Part shown: positions 50,289-62,740 of the stretch, piece after piece
How the letters are laid out: each line of letters starts with the position of its first letter
How positions within the stretch are numbered: the first letter of the stretch is position 1
NCBI GenBank assembly: GCA_030390025.1
Contig: CM059432.1
Span: 41,728,001 to 41,792,000, forward strand
Direction of reading: 5' to 3'
Source of the DNA: Squalus acanthias
Lineage: Eukaryota
Length of the DNA stretch: 64,000 bases
Translations under genes and position numbers: made by a program
The notes under the pieces: model-generated
Databases searched by the model: none
What the model saw: the letters and a program-made list of their open reading frames with translations, nothing else
Told to the model about the DNA's origin: nothing

Positions 50289-52251
50289 AGTTATATAAAA
50301 AGAAAAAGGGTGGCTAAAGTAAATGTTGGTCCCTTAGAGGATGAGACCGGGAAATTAATGGTGGGAAATATGGAGATGGCAAAAACACTGAATGAATATT
50401 TTGTATCAGTCTTTACAGTAGAGGACACTAAGAATATCCCAACACTGGACAAACAGGGGGCTATAGGGGGAGAGGAGCTAAACACGATCAAAATCACTAA
50501 GGAAGTGGTACTCGGTAAAATAATGGGACTCAAGGCGGATAAATCACCTGGACCTGATGGCTTACATCCTAGAGTCTTGAAGGAAGTGGCGGTAGGGATT
50601 GTAGATGCATTGGTAATAATTTTTCAAAACTCCCTGGATTCCGCTAAGGTCCCGGCAGACTGGAAAACTGCTAATGTAACACCCTTATTTAAAAAGGGCA
50701 GTAGACAGAAGGCTGGTAACTATAGCCTAACATCTGTGGTAGGTAAAATTTTGGAGTCCATTATTAAGGAAACAGTAACAGGACATTTGGATAATCATAA
50801 TTTAATAGGACAAAGTCAGCATGGTTTTACGAAGGGGAAGTCATGTTTGACAAATTTGCTGGAGTTCTTTGAGGAAGTAACATATAGAGTGGATAAAGGG
50901 GAACCAGTGGACGTAGTGTATTTAGACTTCCAAAAGGCATTTGACAAGGTGCCACACAAAAGATTATTGCTTAAGGTAAAAAATCACGGGATTGGGGGTA
51001 ATATTCTGGCATGGATAGAGGATTGGCTATCTAACAGAAAGCAAAGAGTTGGGATAAATGGTTCATTCTCAGACTGGCAATCAGTAACTAGTGGTGTTCC
51101 ACAGGGGTCAGTGCTGGGTCCCTAACTCTTCACAATCTATATTAACGATTTGGAGGAAGGGACCAAGTGTAACATATCAAAATTTGCAGATGATACAAAG
51201 ATGGGAGGGAAAGTAGTGAGTGAGGAGGACATAAAAAACCTGCAAGGGGACATAGACAGGCTAAGTAAGTGGGCAGAGATTTGGCAGATGGAATACAACA
51301 CTGGAAAGTGTGAGGTGATGCACTTTGGCAGGAAAAATCCTAGAGCAATTTATTATCTTAATGGCAAGAAACTGGAGAGTACTGAAATGCAAAGGGATCT
51401 GGGGGTCCTGGTGCACGAAACTCAAAAGGTTAGTATGCAGGTGCAGCAAGTGATTAAGAAGGCAAATGGAATGTTGGCTTTCATTGCTAGGGGGATAGAA
51501 TATAAAAATAGGGAGGTATTGCTTCAGTTGTACAAGGTATTGGTGAGACCGCACCTGGAATACTGCATACAGTTTTGGTGTCCTTACTTAAGGAAAGACA
51601 TCCTTGCTCTCGAGGCAGTGCAAAAAAGGTTCACTCGGTTAATCCCGGGGATGAGGGGGTGGTCATATGAGGAGAGGTTGGGTAGATTGGGACTCTACTC
51701 ATTGGAGTTCAGAAGAATGAGAGGCGATCTTATTGAAACATATAAGATTGTGAAGGGGTTGGATCGGGTGGATGCGGGGAGGATGTTCCCGATGACGGGT
51801 GAGACTAGAACTAGGGGACATAGTCTTAGAATAAGGGGCTGCTCTTTCAAAACTGAGATGAGAAGGAACTACTTCACTCAGAGGGTGGTAGGTCCATGGA
51901 ATATGCTGCCACAAAAAGCTGTAGAAGCTACATCATTAAATAAATTTAAAACAGAAATAGACAGTTTCCTAGAAGTAAAGGGCATTAAGGGTTACGGGGA
52001 GTGGGCAGGAATTTGGACATGAGTCTAGGTTCGGATCGGTCATGGCCCTGTGGGTAGTGGAGCGGGCCCAGGGACCGTGTAGCCTGATTCTGCTCCTATT
52101 TCGTGTGTGCAATTCTGTTAGATGCAGGAGATGGTTCTGTGATAGATAGTAGATTGGCGGTTAGGATCAGATCAGCCATGATCTTATTGAATGGCGGAGT
52201 AGGCTCGAGGGGCCGATTGGCCTACTCCTGCTCCTATTTCTTATGTTCTTA
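50289..52251 (+). mobile_element. Young CR1, same subfamily as 40348-44429, opposite strand
   Basis: RT ORFs 50310-51125 and 51150-52022 nearly identical to 41597-42298 and 40571-41487; same extended 3' UTR. Confidence 0.95.
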
Positions 52252-53685
52252 TATCTATCTTAAGTGAGTCTAACAAACAGTATTTATAAATGCTAGATTA
52301 TCAACAGAACAACTGTCCATAAAAGGGAACTGGGTTCTATTTCAGATGGATGACATGAAAGGCTGGTCCCTCTGCTGATTACCATATTTATCTAAGAATT
52401 TCCAACATGCCTTCCAACAGGTCCATGTTACTTAAATTTAATAGTATTAAACCTCAAACCTGGTACATTTTTGCAACTAACTTTTTTATTGAGATACTTT
52501 CATCAGGAATTATGTGCAGCCAACAAAAGGCATTTTACAGCTGCTTCTGACATATGCCAATCTCCTCTAAATATTTCTTTAACAAAAAATAAAAAAAACA
52601 TGTTTACATATGTGTATTGATGTGCAGGTCATGTGTGTATGAGACTTCAGAGCCTGTGATTTCGAAGCAGAGGACTATCCACCAGCACAGCTCCCAAACA
52701 GTACTAGTATCACACCAATATCAATAGAAGCATAATGTATGGCCAAAAAATTCTTCCCCCAATAATTATACTTACTTCTTCCATGGTATCCTCACCAATA
52801 ATTACCCACTAACTGTGATGACTGTCCCAAAGCATCCTACTGTCTGCACCAAACATAACATGCAAATTTCTTTTGAAACATTTTACTATACAACTCAAAA
52901 GTCATATATAGATAAGTCCAATGGGAAACAATAAACATGTTGTTATGAAAAAAACTGTGAAGGAGACATTGATAATTCATTCATAGAATAAGAGTTATAT
53001 GCATCCTTAATTTCAGAATTCAGTCTCCAGCAACTACCTACAATTATACAAAGTTAAAATTGGAATCATCATGCCCAAAGACTAAAAGATTATCTTTTAA
53101 ATGTTCACAAGTCCTGAAGAATTCAGAGGGCCACGGCCATGTTAGGGGAGAACACGGGCAGTAACCTCACTAAGGGGTAAAAATTCGACTACATAGCATC
53201 CGTTGTTTGGGTGCTACGGGTGCCGTTTTGGATCGAAAATGGCGTCTGAGCCGCGCACGCTCAATTCTGGTGCGGGCCGTGCCGGACGCCATCTTGGCAA
53301 GTGCATTAACATCAGCGCTGGGAGCGTGCGCCAGAAGTATGTAGAGTAGGCAGATGTGACGTCAATCAGCATGCAACGCTAATTTGATGCCAGCGCTGCC
53401 ATTTTTGTCCTCAACGCTGAAACTAACTCCTTGTGTTAACCTTGCACAGCTGATCATGCATTCAGCAGCTGCAAGGACCCCCTACCAGTGATATTTCAAG
53501 AAATCATCAACCACTCTCAGGTGAGTTGCTGATTAATTTCTACTGGCTCTGTGTAAGTTTCTGGAAGTGTTTGGAGCTTTCCAGAGTTGTTTAAAGTTGG
53601 TGAGGTGACTGGGAGTGGTGCTGCATGTGGAGAAGGCCTTGGTTCTGACTTCAAAGGTTCTGGTCAGATCACTTGCTCCCAGTCA

Positions 53686-54843
53686 TGGATGCTCTAGTTT
53701 TCATCCCCCTTGGCCTACAACATGACAGGGAGATGGAACAGAGGCAGCAAAGAAAAGGACAAGCTGCTCACAGAGGGAGGTGGAGGAAGGGGAGAGCGGC
53801 TCTCAGCAGCAGGCCTTACCCACCGAGAGCAATTCTCTTACCTCAACCTGAGCCAGGAGCAGTGTGTGAGGCGTCTGTGCTTTATGAAGGAGGTGATCAC
53901 AGAACTCTGCTACATCTTGCAACCGGACCTGCAGCCTCACACCAGGGCAAGGACAGCACTGCCAGTGGCTGTGAAGGTGACCATGGCTCTGGATTTCTTC
54001 GCATTGGGATCCTTCCAGGCTGGAGCAGGCGACATCTATTACAACTCCCAGTTCGCCGTCCACTGCTGCATAACAGAGGTAACAGACGCTCTTTATGCCA
54101 GAAGAGGGGACTTCATTGTCTTCTCTCTGACCAGAGAGAAGCAGGCGGAGTGTGCATATGGCTTTGCCAGGATAGCGGACTTCCCCATGGTGCAGGGCGC
54201 CATCAACTGCATGCACGTGGCTTTGCGGGCACCACATCTAAATGCTGAGATGTACCGCAATCACAAAGGTTATCACTCGCTGAATGTGCAGTTGGTGTGC
54301 AACCATGGTCAGCACATCATGATGATGAATGCCTGGTATCCTGGCAGCAGTCATGATGTTTTAATTCTGTGCCAATCTGCTGTTCCCTCAGTCTTTGAGC
54401 CACCAAGACAAACCAGAGGGTGGCTACTGGGTGACATGGGCTATCCGCTGACCACTTGGCTCATGACTCCGCTCCGCAACCCAACCACAGGTGGGCAGCA
54501 TGCATACGAGAGCCATGCTGCCAAACGGAATCTGATAGAGCAGACCATTGCCATTCTTAAACAATGCTTCCACTGCCTGGACTGCTCTGGAGGAGTCCTG
54601 CCGTACTCACCAGAATGTGTCTCAAGATTTGTCGTTGTCTGCTGCATGCTCTACAAACACGCCATCATGAGGGCCCAGCACTTGCCACCAGGGATATGGC
54701 GACCAGCTGAGGAGGAGGAGGAGGAGAAGGAAGAGGAGGAGGAGGAAGCAGAAGAAGAGGAAGCGGGAGGGAGGAGGCATCCCAGACAGCCCCTTTCTGC
54801 CCAGGCTGTCTGTGATCGACTCATCCAACTGCGGTACGAGTGA
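53686..54843 (+). pseudogene. Harbinger F transposase, likely inactive
   Basis: 377-aa ORF; N-terminal frameshift; the GAIDCTHV-type motif reads GAINCMHV (first catalytic Asp lost); LLGDMGYP and LIEQT are retained. Confidence 0.88.
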
Positions 54844-55009
54844 ACGCAACCCCAATTCCCCATTCAACAACAGTCCCACACCTTACCGTCCCTCTGTTAC
54901 TGACCATCACAGTGTCCTCTTGGCCACAATGTTGAACTAAAAGCCACGACAAAAGAAACATTCCAATACAAGTTTATCCATCAATCCATCCAATATAACA
55001 TAACAAAGT

Positions 55010-56881
55010 CAACCAATCACCCTTCTGCATTCCCTTCGTGCCTGTCTTCAGTGTGCCTTTGTCTGTCCTAGTGCTCCTACGAAGTGCTACCCCAGTGGCT
55101 GGTGGAAGGCTGCTGACATTCATTGGGGGAGAGTGCAGATGGCATTGTAGGACGATCTCAAGCACCTCTGGGCCTAGAAGGCCCAGCTGTGACTGCTCCA
55201 CCTTGGTAGCAGTCTGGGCTGGCTGGCTGACAGGTAACAGCAAGGACACTGGAGGAGTGCCAGTGGTGGGAGGATGAATGCTGTCATCCTGAGAGAGGAC
55301 ACCAGGTTCTTGCTCCACGGAGCCACTGCCACTCAACTGGGGTGGCGCCTCAGAATTCCTAGATATCTGTTGGAGGGCAGATTGATGGACTGCTGTGACA
55401 CCCTGCATGCCCCTTTCCACATTAGTAAACTCAGCCATGATGGCAGTAGTCTGAGCTTGCATGACAGAAGTCTGACCTTCCACTGCAGCACTCAATCATA
55501 GGGTGTCTTGTGCTTGTGCTGCAATGGAAGCTGAGACATCAGCCATCAGACGCTGCATGATGGTTGGGTCCACAAGTGCGCTAATGGATCTGCCCACTCT
55601 TTCCATGCTGGAAAGGATTGGCTCCAAGCTCTGCGCAAAGCCCTGTGCAAGGTTAGTGCCTGACTCCTCCATGCTCCTTGACATTGCACTCAGGCTTTCT
55701 GGCAGGCCTGCCAATGCACGAAGCATTTTGTTGTGCATACCTATCAGCATTTTTCTGTAGGCCGCCCCATCGAAGTCCTCATCTGAGTCCTCTGCAGAAG
55801 AACTCATGTGCGACCACACCCTCCGGGGAGCTGGCGCCTGTGCTACCATTTCCCCCTGCCCTGGCTGCAGCCCACTCGTGCCTGGTGACTCACCACGTGC
55901 AGATCCCGCCTCTAAGCTACCCTCTAAACTCTGTGCAGTGCCAGTATCTGAGCTGGTGGCTGCGACTGTCAGATTGAGTGACGGTCTTTCTTGTTCTTCA
56001 TCACTCTCCTCTCCCTCTTCTTATTGAACCTCTGGCTAGGCAGGTTGGCTTACTTGGGTCTCTGAAATGAGAAAGGCACAAGGGTGGGGTTGTGGTGAGA
56101 GGAGGGGGAAAAGCAAGAGGTGCATGCTTACACCATGTGCAGCTTGTAAATCAGAAGAGATTGTGGGATGAGGGGGGAGTGGGATGTAAGAAGGAGGCTA
56201 ACATATGAGGATACCGGCATCTTGTACTCTTTCTGCCCCGCCGCTGGCCACAGGCTCAGCCATGCCCCTCCCAAGAATGAGGGTGAGGTGATGCAGGCGA
56301 GCCTGTCCGCCACCGGTTTGGTTCTGTTGGTGCCGGTTATGCGCCACCTTTTCCTGCAATAGAAAGGGAAGTGTGTTAGTGCGTGTGATGCAATGTGTTT
56401 GGGTGATGTGCCTGTCATGGTTGAATAGCTGACAGTGTGTGCAAGCTGTGAGATGTGGGTGTGAGGCTTGCAGCAGTGTGTGTGTGTGAGAGTGAGATGG
56501 AGCATGTGAATGTGAGGTATGAATGGTGATTGATAGAGATTGTTGGTCGGTGAGTGATGGGGGTGTCGTAAGTTAAGCAGTGTGTGAGGCTAGTGGTGCA
56601 GTTTGTGGGATATGGCATTTGAAGATGAATTCACTGACCTTGATCACTCGTGTGAGGTCATTATACTTCTTCCGGCATTGTGTCCACGTCCTTGGGGCTA
56701 CATTGCTGGCATTCACCACAGTGGCTATCTGCTCCCACTGTAGTTTGCTCTGTTGCCTGGAGGGCCTCCTGGCCCCCTGTGGAAAGAGAACCTCTCTCCT
56801 CCTATTGACCTCTTGCACCAAGGCCTCCAGTGCTGCATCGGAGAACCTTTGTTCATGCTCTCTCCCCTGTTGTGCCATCAT
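55010..56881 (-). pseudogene. Harbinger F Myb/SANT-like gene (three exons, disrupted)
   Basis: MAQQGREHEQRFSDAALEALVQEV...RTWTQCRKKYNDL; ttgcag and tttcag acceptors near 56355 and 56062; exon 3 broken. Confidence 0.85.
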
Positions 56882-57492
56882 TGTGCCATTCCTTCCCACT
56901 ATCTTCCTCAGCCAGTTCAATGATCTGCTGCAGGCAGAGTGCACCTCCCCTTTAAGAGGTGCAGACTGCCTTTAAGTAGTGCAGACTAGCTTTAATTGAT
57001 GCTAGCCTTGCACGAACTTGGGCCCTCTGCTGAGCGTTCAGCCATTCAGCAGCGCGCTCAGCACTGGGCTGAACACCACAATCATGGAAATGAGCAGGCA
57101 TTATGAAGTTCGTGTGCTGCCTACAGTCCTCCGAACGGGCAAGAGTTGCTAGCGCATCGTAATCCCCGTGCCCGGTTTCGAGGGCAAACGAATTTCTAAG
57201 CCTGAATGTTATGGATATTATCCAAAAGAGGAAGCTCAATTTGTTGACAATGGTGATCTGACCCTTGAACCCGTTGTAGGATTTTGTAAATCACATATAC
57301 TGTGAAGTTCAAGGCTGGTTCTGTTCAGCTTTAAGATTTGTTTTTTACTTCAGTAACCTTCATAGGTTCATTGTGAGCTGCAAACAATTGTGATTATCAT
57401 GATTAAATTTACAGTGACTACAACAAACAGTTGGTTAGTAAGATTAATTTTTCATTGGAATAACAGGGTAATTCTTTCAAACAGAAACTTAC

Positions 57493-57549
57493 TTCTGTAT
57501 TCTGATAAGCAGTAGTCAAGTCCATTTTATATTCAACTGAAAAAGATAA
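57493..57549 (-). CDS. TMEM67: Meckelin coding exon (approx. exon 15), 57 nt
   Basis: ccaacag acceptor and gtaagt donor; phase 0-0. Encodes LSFSVEYKMDLTTAYQNTE, cf. meckelin VSFSVTYEMD. Confidence 0.9.
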
Positions 57550-58054
57550 CTGTTGGATATATGGGAAAAATATCAAATAAAGCATCTAATGTTTGGTACA
57601 AATCTAATTGCTCATAATTTAAAAACCTTAGTAGCAAACTTATATGTCAACTGTTTGTGTTTAAGGTGGACAGTCAGTATTCTGGGAATGCTGTTTGTAC
57701 ATCTGTGCTTGTGGACCAAAATTAACGCGGACCAGGGCCCCCATAACACCCGCTCCCAAACTTCTACCTGATGCCACTTCTATTGTGAATAATGGCACTG
57801 TACAAAGTGGGAAGGAATTGACGTGAGATTGGGAATTCCTACTCAGGGTACAGCACCATCAATAATAATAGTGGCAGGAAGGAGCTCGGGAGTGGTACTT
57901 GAGGCAGAGGGAGTGTCAGAGTGGGTGGGGGAAACTAGGAACTAAGCATTTCAGGGGTGGGGTGGTGAAAAGCTGGGAGCAGTGTTTTTGGGGAAGAAGG
58001 GAAAGAAAGAAAGAAAGTGGGTAGGTGGTAGCAGTATTTTATGGAGGGTGAAGA

Positions 58055-58290
58055 GAAAGAAAGACATGCATTTATGTAGCACCTTTCATGACTTCAAGAC
58101 ATTCCAAAGCACTTTACAACCAATTAAGTACTTTTGAAGTGGAGTCAACGTGGTAATGTAGGAAATACAGCAGCCAATGTGCATACAACAAGGTCCTGCA
58201 AACAGCAATGTGATAATGACCAGATAATCTGATTTAGTGATGTTGCTTGAGGAATAAATATTGGCCAGGACGCCGGGGAGAACTCCCCTG
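58055..58290 (-). mobile_element. Deu-type SINE 3' fragment
   Basis: Reverse complement of 62500-62740. Confidence 0.82.
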
Positions 58291-58429
58291 CTGGAGGCAG
58301 CATTTTGGGGTGAAGAGAGAATTGCTTTGGGGAAGCTGATTCTAGTTGGTTTGTTGAGAATACAAATATCACTTTATTTTTTCCTTTCTTTAAGATTAAA
58401 TTAAAAAAAATTCAAGTGTGAAACAAGAA

Positions 58430-58468
58430 GGGGGCTAAATTCGATTGATTTGCGCCAATTTCTACCCC
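58430..58468. mobile_element. 39-bp TIR-only Harbinger relic
   Basis: GAA|GGGGGCTAAATTCG-attgatttgcgc-CAATTTCTACCCC|GAA. Confidence 0.6.
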
Positions 58469-58809
58469 GAAATCTTTAAAATTAACCAAAATATACCAAA
58501 TTTAATGGTCTTCCTCCAGAGCCCCTGAGAAATGTACCAGACTAGTTCTGGGGGGAGGGAGGTATACCTCATTTGAAAGGAGTGACATGATTCTAAATTT
58601 GGTGTCTACATGACAGGAATCAATATTTGGGTTTCCGATTTGCTATTAAGAAATTTGCAACTAGTTGGAAAAAAGGTTTTAAAATATCAAGAAAAATAAT
58701 TAATTCGCAAGAATGGACCTGCCCCACAAGAAAATAAAACTTGAGCCTTCAAGACTTACATCCCCTTTTAGGCTTAAAGTGCAGAAATATTACAAAAGAC
58801 AACAGGAAT

Positions 58810-59616
58810 TTACAGGACCGGGGACAACCATTGCAATCTATTTAGGAAATGTCATATCCCATGATACATCTCATATTACGCTATCAAACTTTTCTCCAGG
58901 TACATATCCAAGTTTCTTTAATTTGTTGATGAAATCAGCCCCCATAGCTTCTCTTGGCAGTCAATTTCAAGCATTCACCTCACTCTGTATAAAGGAGTTA
59001 AATCTAAACTTTTTTCACCCTCACTTTTCTAAGTTTGAGGCTATGCCCTCTTTTTTTAGAATTTGTCACACTGTTAAATATAATTATATTTATCTTGTCT
59101 ATCCCATTTAGGATCTTGGACACTGATAGAATATCACTCCTGAATCTTCTCTTCTCCAGTGATAACATCCCCAGCTTCTACAGCCTCTCCTTATAATTCA
59201 GGTTACCATTCGCTGTACATAGCACTCTAGGTAGGGCTGGACTAGAGCTCTGTACAAACTCAGAATCACTTCCTAGGATTTGTGCTCTAATCCTCTGGCT
59301 ATACAGCCTATGACCCTATTTGCTTTCACTCTTACTCCCAGACATGTGCTGATGGATTTAGCGATCTATCTGCTAGTATCCCCAAATTCCTCTCCTGTTT
59401 AGTGTCCTGTAGAATTATGTCATGCAGCTTACATTGCCCTTGTTTATTCTCCACTCCCAATCTGATTACTTTGCATTTACCCACATTAGATGACATTTCC
59501 ACTCATAAATCCAATTTACCAATCTATCTAGGTCCTTTATAATTTGAACAGCTTGTTCCCGGTTGATGGCTGCCCTCCCAGTTTAACATCATCTGCAAGT
59601 TTTGTTTCTGCCTTCA
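58810..59616 (-). mobile_element. Old CR1 (continues at 62022-62255 and about 62780-63010)
   Basis: KLADDVKLGG at about 59570-59600 rejoins LIYINDLEV at about 62023-62050. Confidence 0.7.
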
Positions 59617-62021
59617 TTGTAATCGAACAATGGGCTGCATTTAAAGAGGAGATGGTTCGGGTATAGTTGAAGTACATTCCCATGAGGGGAAAGGTAGGGC
59701 AACCAAAGCCAGAGCTCCCTGGATGACGAAAGAGGTAGAGAGTAAAATGCAGCAGAAAAAGGGGGCGTATGACAGATGTCAGGTTGAGAATACAAGTGAG
59801 AACCAGGCTGAATATAGAAAGTTCAGAGGGGAAGTGAAACAGGAAACAAGAGGACAAAGAGAGAGTATGAGAATAGACTCTATAGGCATATAAATAATAA
59901 ACGGGTAGTAAGAGGAGGGGTGGGGCCGATTAGCAACCAAAAAGGAGACTTACGCATGGAGGCAGAGGGCATGGCTGAGGTACTAAAGGAGTACTTTGCA
60001 TCTGTCTTTACCAAGGAAGAAGATGCTACCAAAGTCATAGTGAAAGAGGAGGTAGTTGAGATATGGGATAAAAATTGATAAAGAGGAGGCACTAGAAAGG
60101 CTGGCTGTACTTAAAGTAGATAAGTCACCAGGACCGGATGGGATGTATCCTAGGATGCTGAGGGAGGTAAGGGTGGAAATTGCGGAGGTACTGGCCATAA
60201 TCTTCTAATCCTCCTTAGATACGGGGGTGGTGCCAGAGGACTGGAGAATTGCAAATGTCACACCCTTGTTCAAAAAACAGTGTAAGGATAAACCCAGCAA
60301 CTACAGACCAGTCAGTTTAACTTCCGTTCTGACGAAGGATCACAGACCTGAAATGTTAACTCTGTTTCTCTCTCCACGGATGCTGCCTGGCCTGCTGAGT
60401 GTTTCCAGCATTTTCTGTTGTTATTTCAGATTTCCAGCATCCGCAGTATTTTGCTATTGTATTAGTTTAACTTTGGTAGCGGGGAAGCTTTTAGAAACGA
60501 TAACTCGGGTCAAAATTAACAGTCACTTGGACAAGTGTGGGATATTAAGGAAAGCCAGCATGGATTTGTGAAAGGCAAATCATGCTTACCTAACTTGATT
60601 GAGTTTTTTGATGAGGTAACAGAGACGGTTGATGAGGGCAATGCGGTTAAGAACATAAGAACATAAGAAATAGAAGCAGGAATAGACATTATGGCCCCTT
60701 GAGCCTGCTCCGCCATTCAATAAAATCATGGCTGATCATCGGCCTCAACTCCACTTTCCCGCCCGATCTCCATATCCCTTGATTCCCCTAGAGTCCAAAA
60801 ATCTATCTATCTCAGCCTTGAATCTACTCAAAGACTCAGCATCCATAGCCCTCTGATCTGGTGTACATAGACTTCCAAAAGGCGTTTGATAAAGTGCCAC
60901 ATAATAGGCTTGCCAGCAAAGTTGAAGTCCATGGAATAAAAGGAACAGTGGCAGCATGGATACAAAATTGGCTAAGTGACAGGAAACAGAGAGTAGTGGT
61001 GAACGGTTGTTTTTCGGACTGGAGGAAGGTAGACAGTGGTGTTCCCCAGGGATCGGGACCACTGCTTTTCTTGATATATATTAATGACTTGGACACAATT
61101 TCAAAATTTGCAGATGACACAAAACTTGGGAGTATAGTGAACAGTGAGGAGGATAGTGATAGACTTCAAGAGGACATAGACAGGCTGGTGGAATGGGCGG
61201 ACACGTGGCAGATGAAATTTAATGCAGTAAAATGCGAAGTGATACATTTTGGTAGGAAGAACGAGGAGAGGCAATATAAACTAAAGGGTACAATTCTAAA
61301 GGGGGTGCATGAACAGAGAGACCTGGGGGTATATGTGCACAAATTGTTGAAGGTGGCAGGGCAGGTTGAGAAAGCGGCTAAAGAAGCATACAGGATCCTG
61401 GGCTTCATAAATAAAGGCATAGAGTACAAAAGCAAGGAAGTTATGATGAACCTTTATAAAACACTGGTTTGGCCTCAACTGGAGTATTGTGTCCAATTCT
61501 GGGCACCGCACTTCAGGAAGGATGTGAAGGCCTTAGAGAGGGTGCAGAAAAGATTTACGAGAATGGTTCCAGGGATGAGGGACTTCAGTTACATGGATAG
61601 ACTGGAGAAGCTGGGGTTGTTCTCCTTAGAGCAGAGAAGGTTGAAAGGAGATTTGATAGAGGTGTTCAAAATCATGAGGGGGTCTAGACAGAGTAGATAG
61701 AGAGAAACCGTTCCAATTGGTGGAAGGGTCGAGAAGCAGAGGACACAGATTTAAGGTGATTGGCAGAAGAACTAAAGACGACGAGGAAAAACTTTTTTAC
61801 GCAGCGAGTGGTTATGATCTGGAATGCACTGCCTGAAAGGGTGGTGGAGGCAGATTCAATCGTGGCTTTTAAAAGGGAACTGGATAAGTATCTGAAGTAA
61901 AAAATTTTGCAGGACTACGGGGAAAGGCCGGGGGAGTGGGAATGGCTGAAGTGCTCTTGCAGAGAGCCGGCACTGGATCGACGGGTGAATGGCCTCCTTC
62001 TGTGCTGTAACCATTCTATGA
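59617..62021 (+). mobile_element. CR1 LINE, 5'-truncated, with two small insertions
   Basis: RT ORFs 60227-60571 and 60861-61700; inserts at 60324-60463 and 60648-60850 (minus-strand CR1 tail). Confidence 0.9.
60324..60463 (+). mobile_element. 140-bp Penelope-derived repeat with hammerhead motif
   Basis: 10-bp TSD agtttaactt; gtt-CTGACGA-aggatcacagacct-GAAA-tgtt-aac. Confidence 0.8.
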
Positions 62022-62271
62022 TTCACTTCCAAATCATTTATGTATATTAAAACCAGCAACAAGCTGAGCACTAAGCCGTGACCTACTCCACTAGTTACTT
62101 CCTTCATTGCTTATCCCGCTCCACATACCATCCTTTGCTTCCTGTTTCAGCCAATTTTCAGTCCGTTTCAGAAGCACTTCACCTATGGTGTGCCTTCCAG
62201 CCCTGTGGACCAATCTTCTATCTGGTACTTTATCAAAAGCTTTGCTGGAATCAGCTGTGACTCACTTAAGC

Positions 62272-62740
62272 ATCAGCTGTGGCTCAGTTGGTAGAATCCT
62301 CGCCTCTGAGTCAGAAGGCTGTGAGGTTCAAGTCCCACTCCAGAGACTTGAGCACAAAAATCTAGGCTGACACTCCAGTGCAGTGCTGAGGGAGTGCTCC
62401 ACTGTCGGAGGTGCCGTCTTTTGGATGAGACGTTAAACCGAGGCCATGTCTGCTCTCTCAGTTGGACGTAAAAAATCCCATGACACTATTTCGAAGAAAA
62501 GCAGGGGAGTTATCTCCGGTGTCCTGGCCAATATTTATCCCTCAATCAACATTACTAAAAACTGATTATCTGGTCATTATCACATTGTTGTTTGTGGGAG
62601 CTTGCTGTGCGCAAAGTGGTTGCTGCATTTCCTACATTACAACAGTGACTACACTTCAAAAAGTACTTCATTGACTGTAAAGTGCTTTGGGGCGCCCGGC
62701 AGTCGTGAAATGCGCTATATAAATGCAAGTCTTTCTTTCT
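62272..62740 (+). mobile_element. Full-length tRNA-derived SINE (Deu-domain, SacSINE1-like)
   Basis: A box TGGCTCAGTTGG (62280); B box GGTTCAAGTCC (62325); central core; tail tctttctttc. Confidence 0.88.

Larger units (their letters stand above)
53174..57202 (+). mobile_element. Harbinger F, full-length two-gene element
   Basis: Ends GGGGTAAAAATTCG / CGAATTTCTAAGCC; flanks TAA/TGA; transposase on plus, spliced Myb gene on minus. Confidence 0.9.

Noticed and set aside
53710..54843. 377-aa ORF as the domesticated HARBI1 gene or an active transposase
   Set aside because: It lies within TIRs with a partner Myb gene, has an N-terminal frameshift, and has lost the first catalytic Asp.
62272..62345. 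tRNA gene
   Set aside because: The A and B boxes run straight into a SINE body found several times in the window; it is a SINE head.
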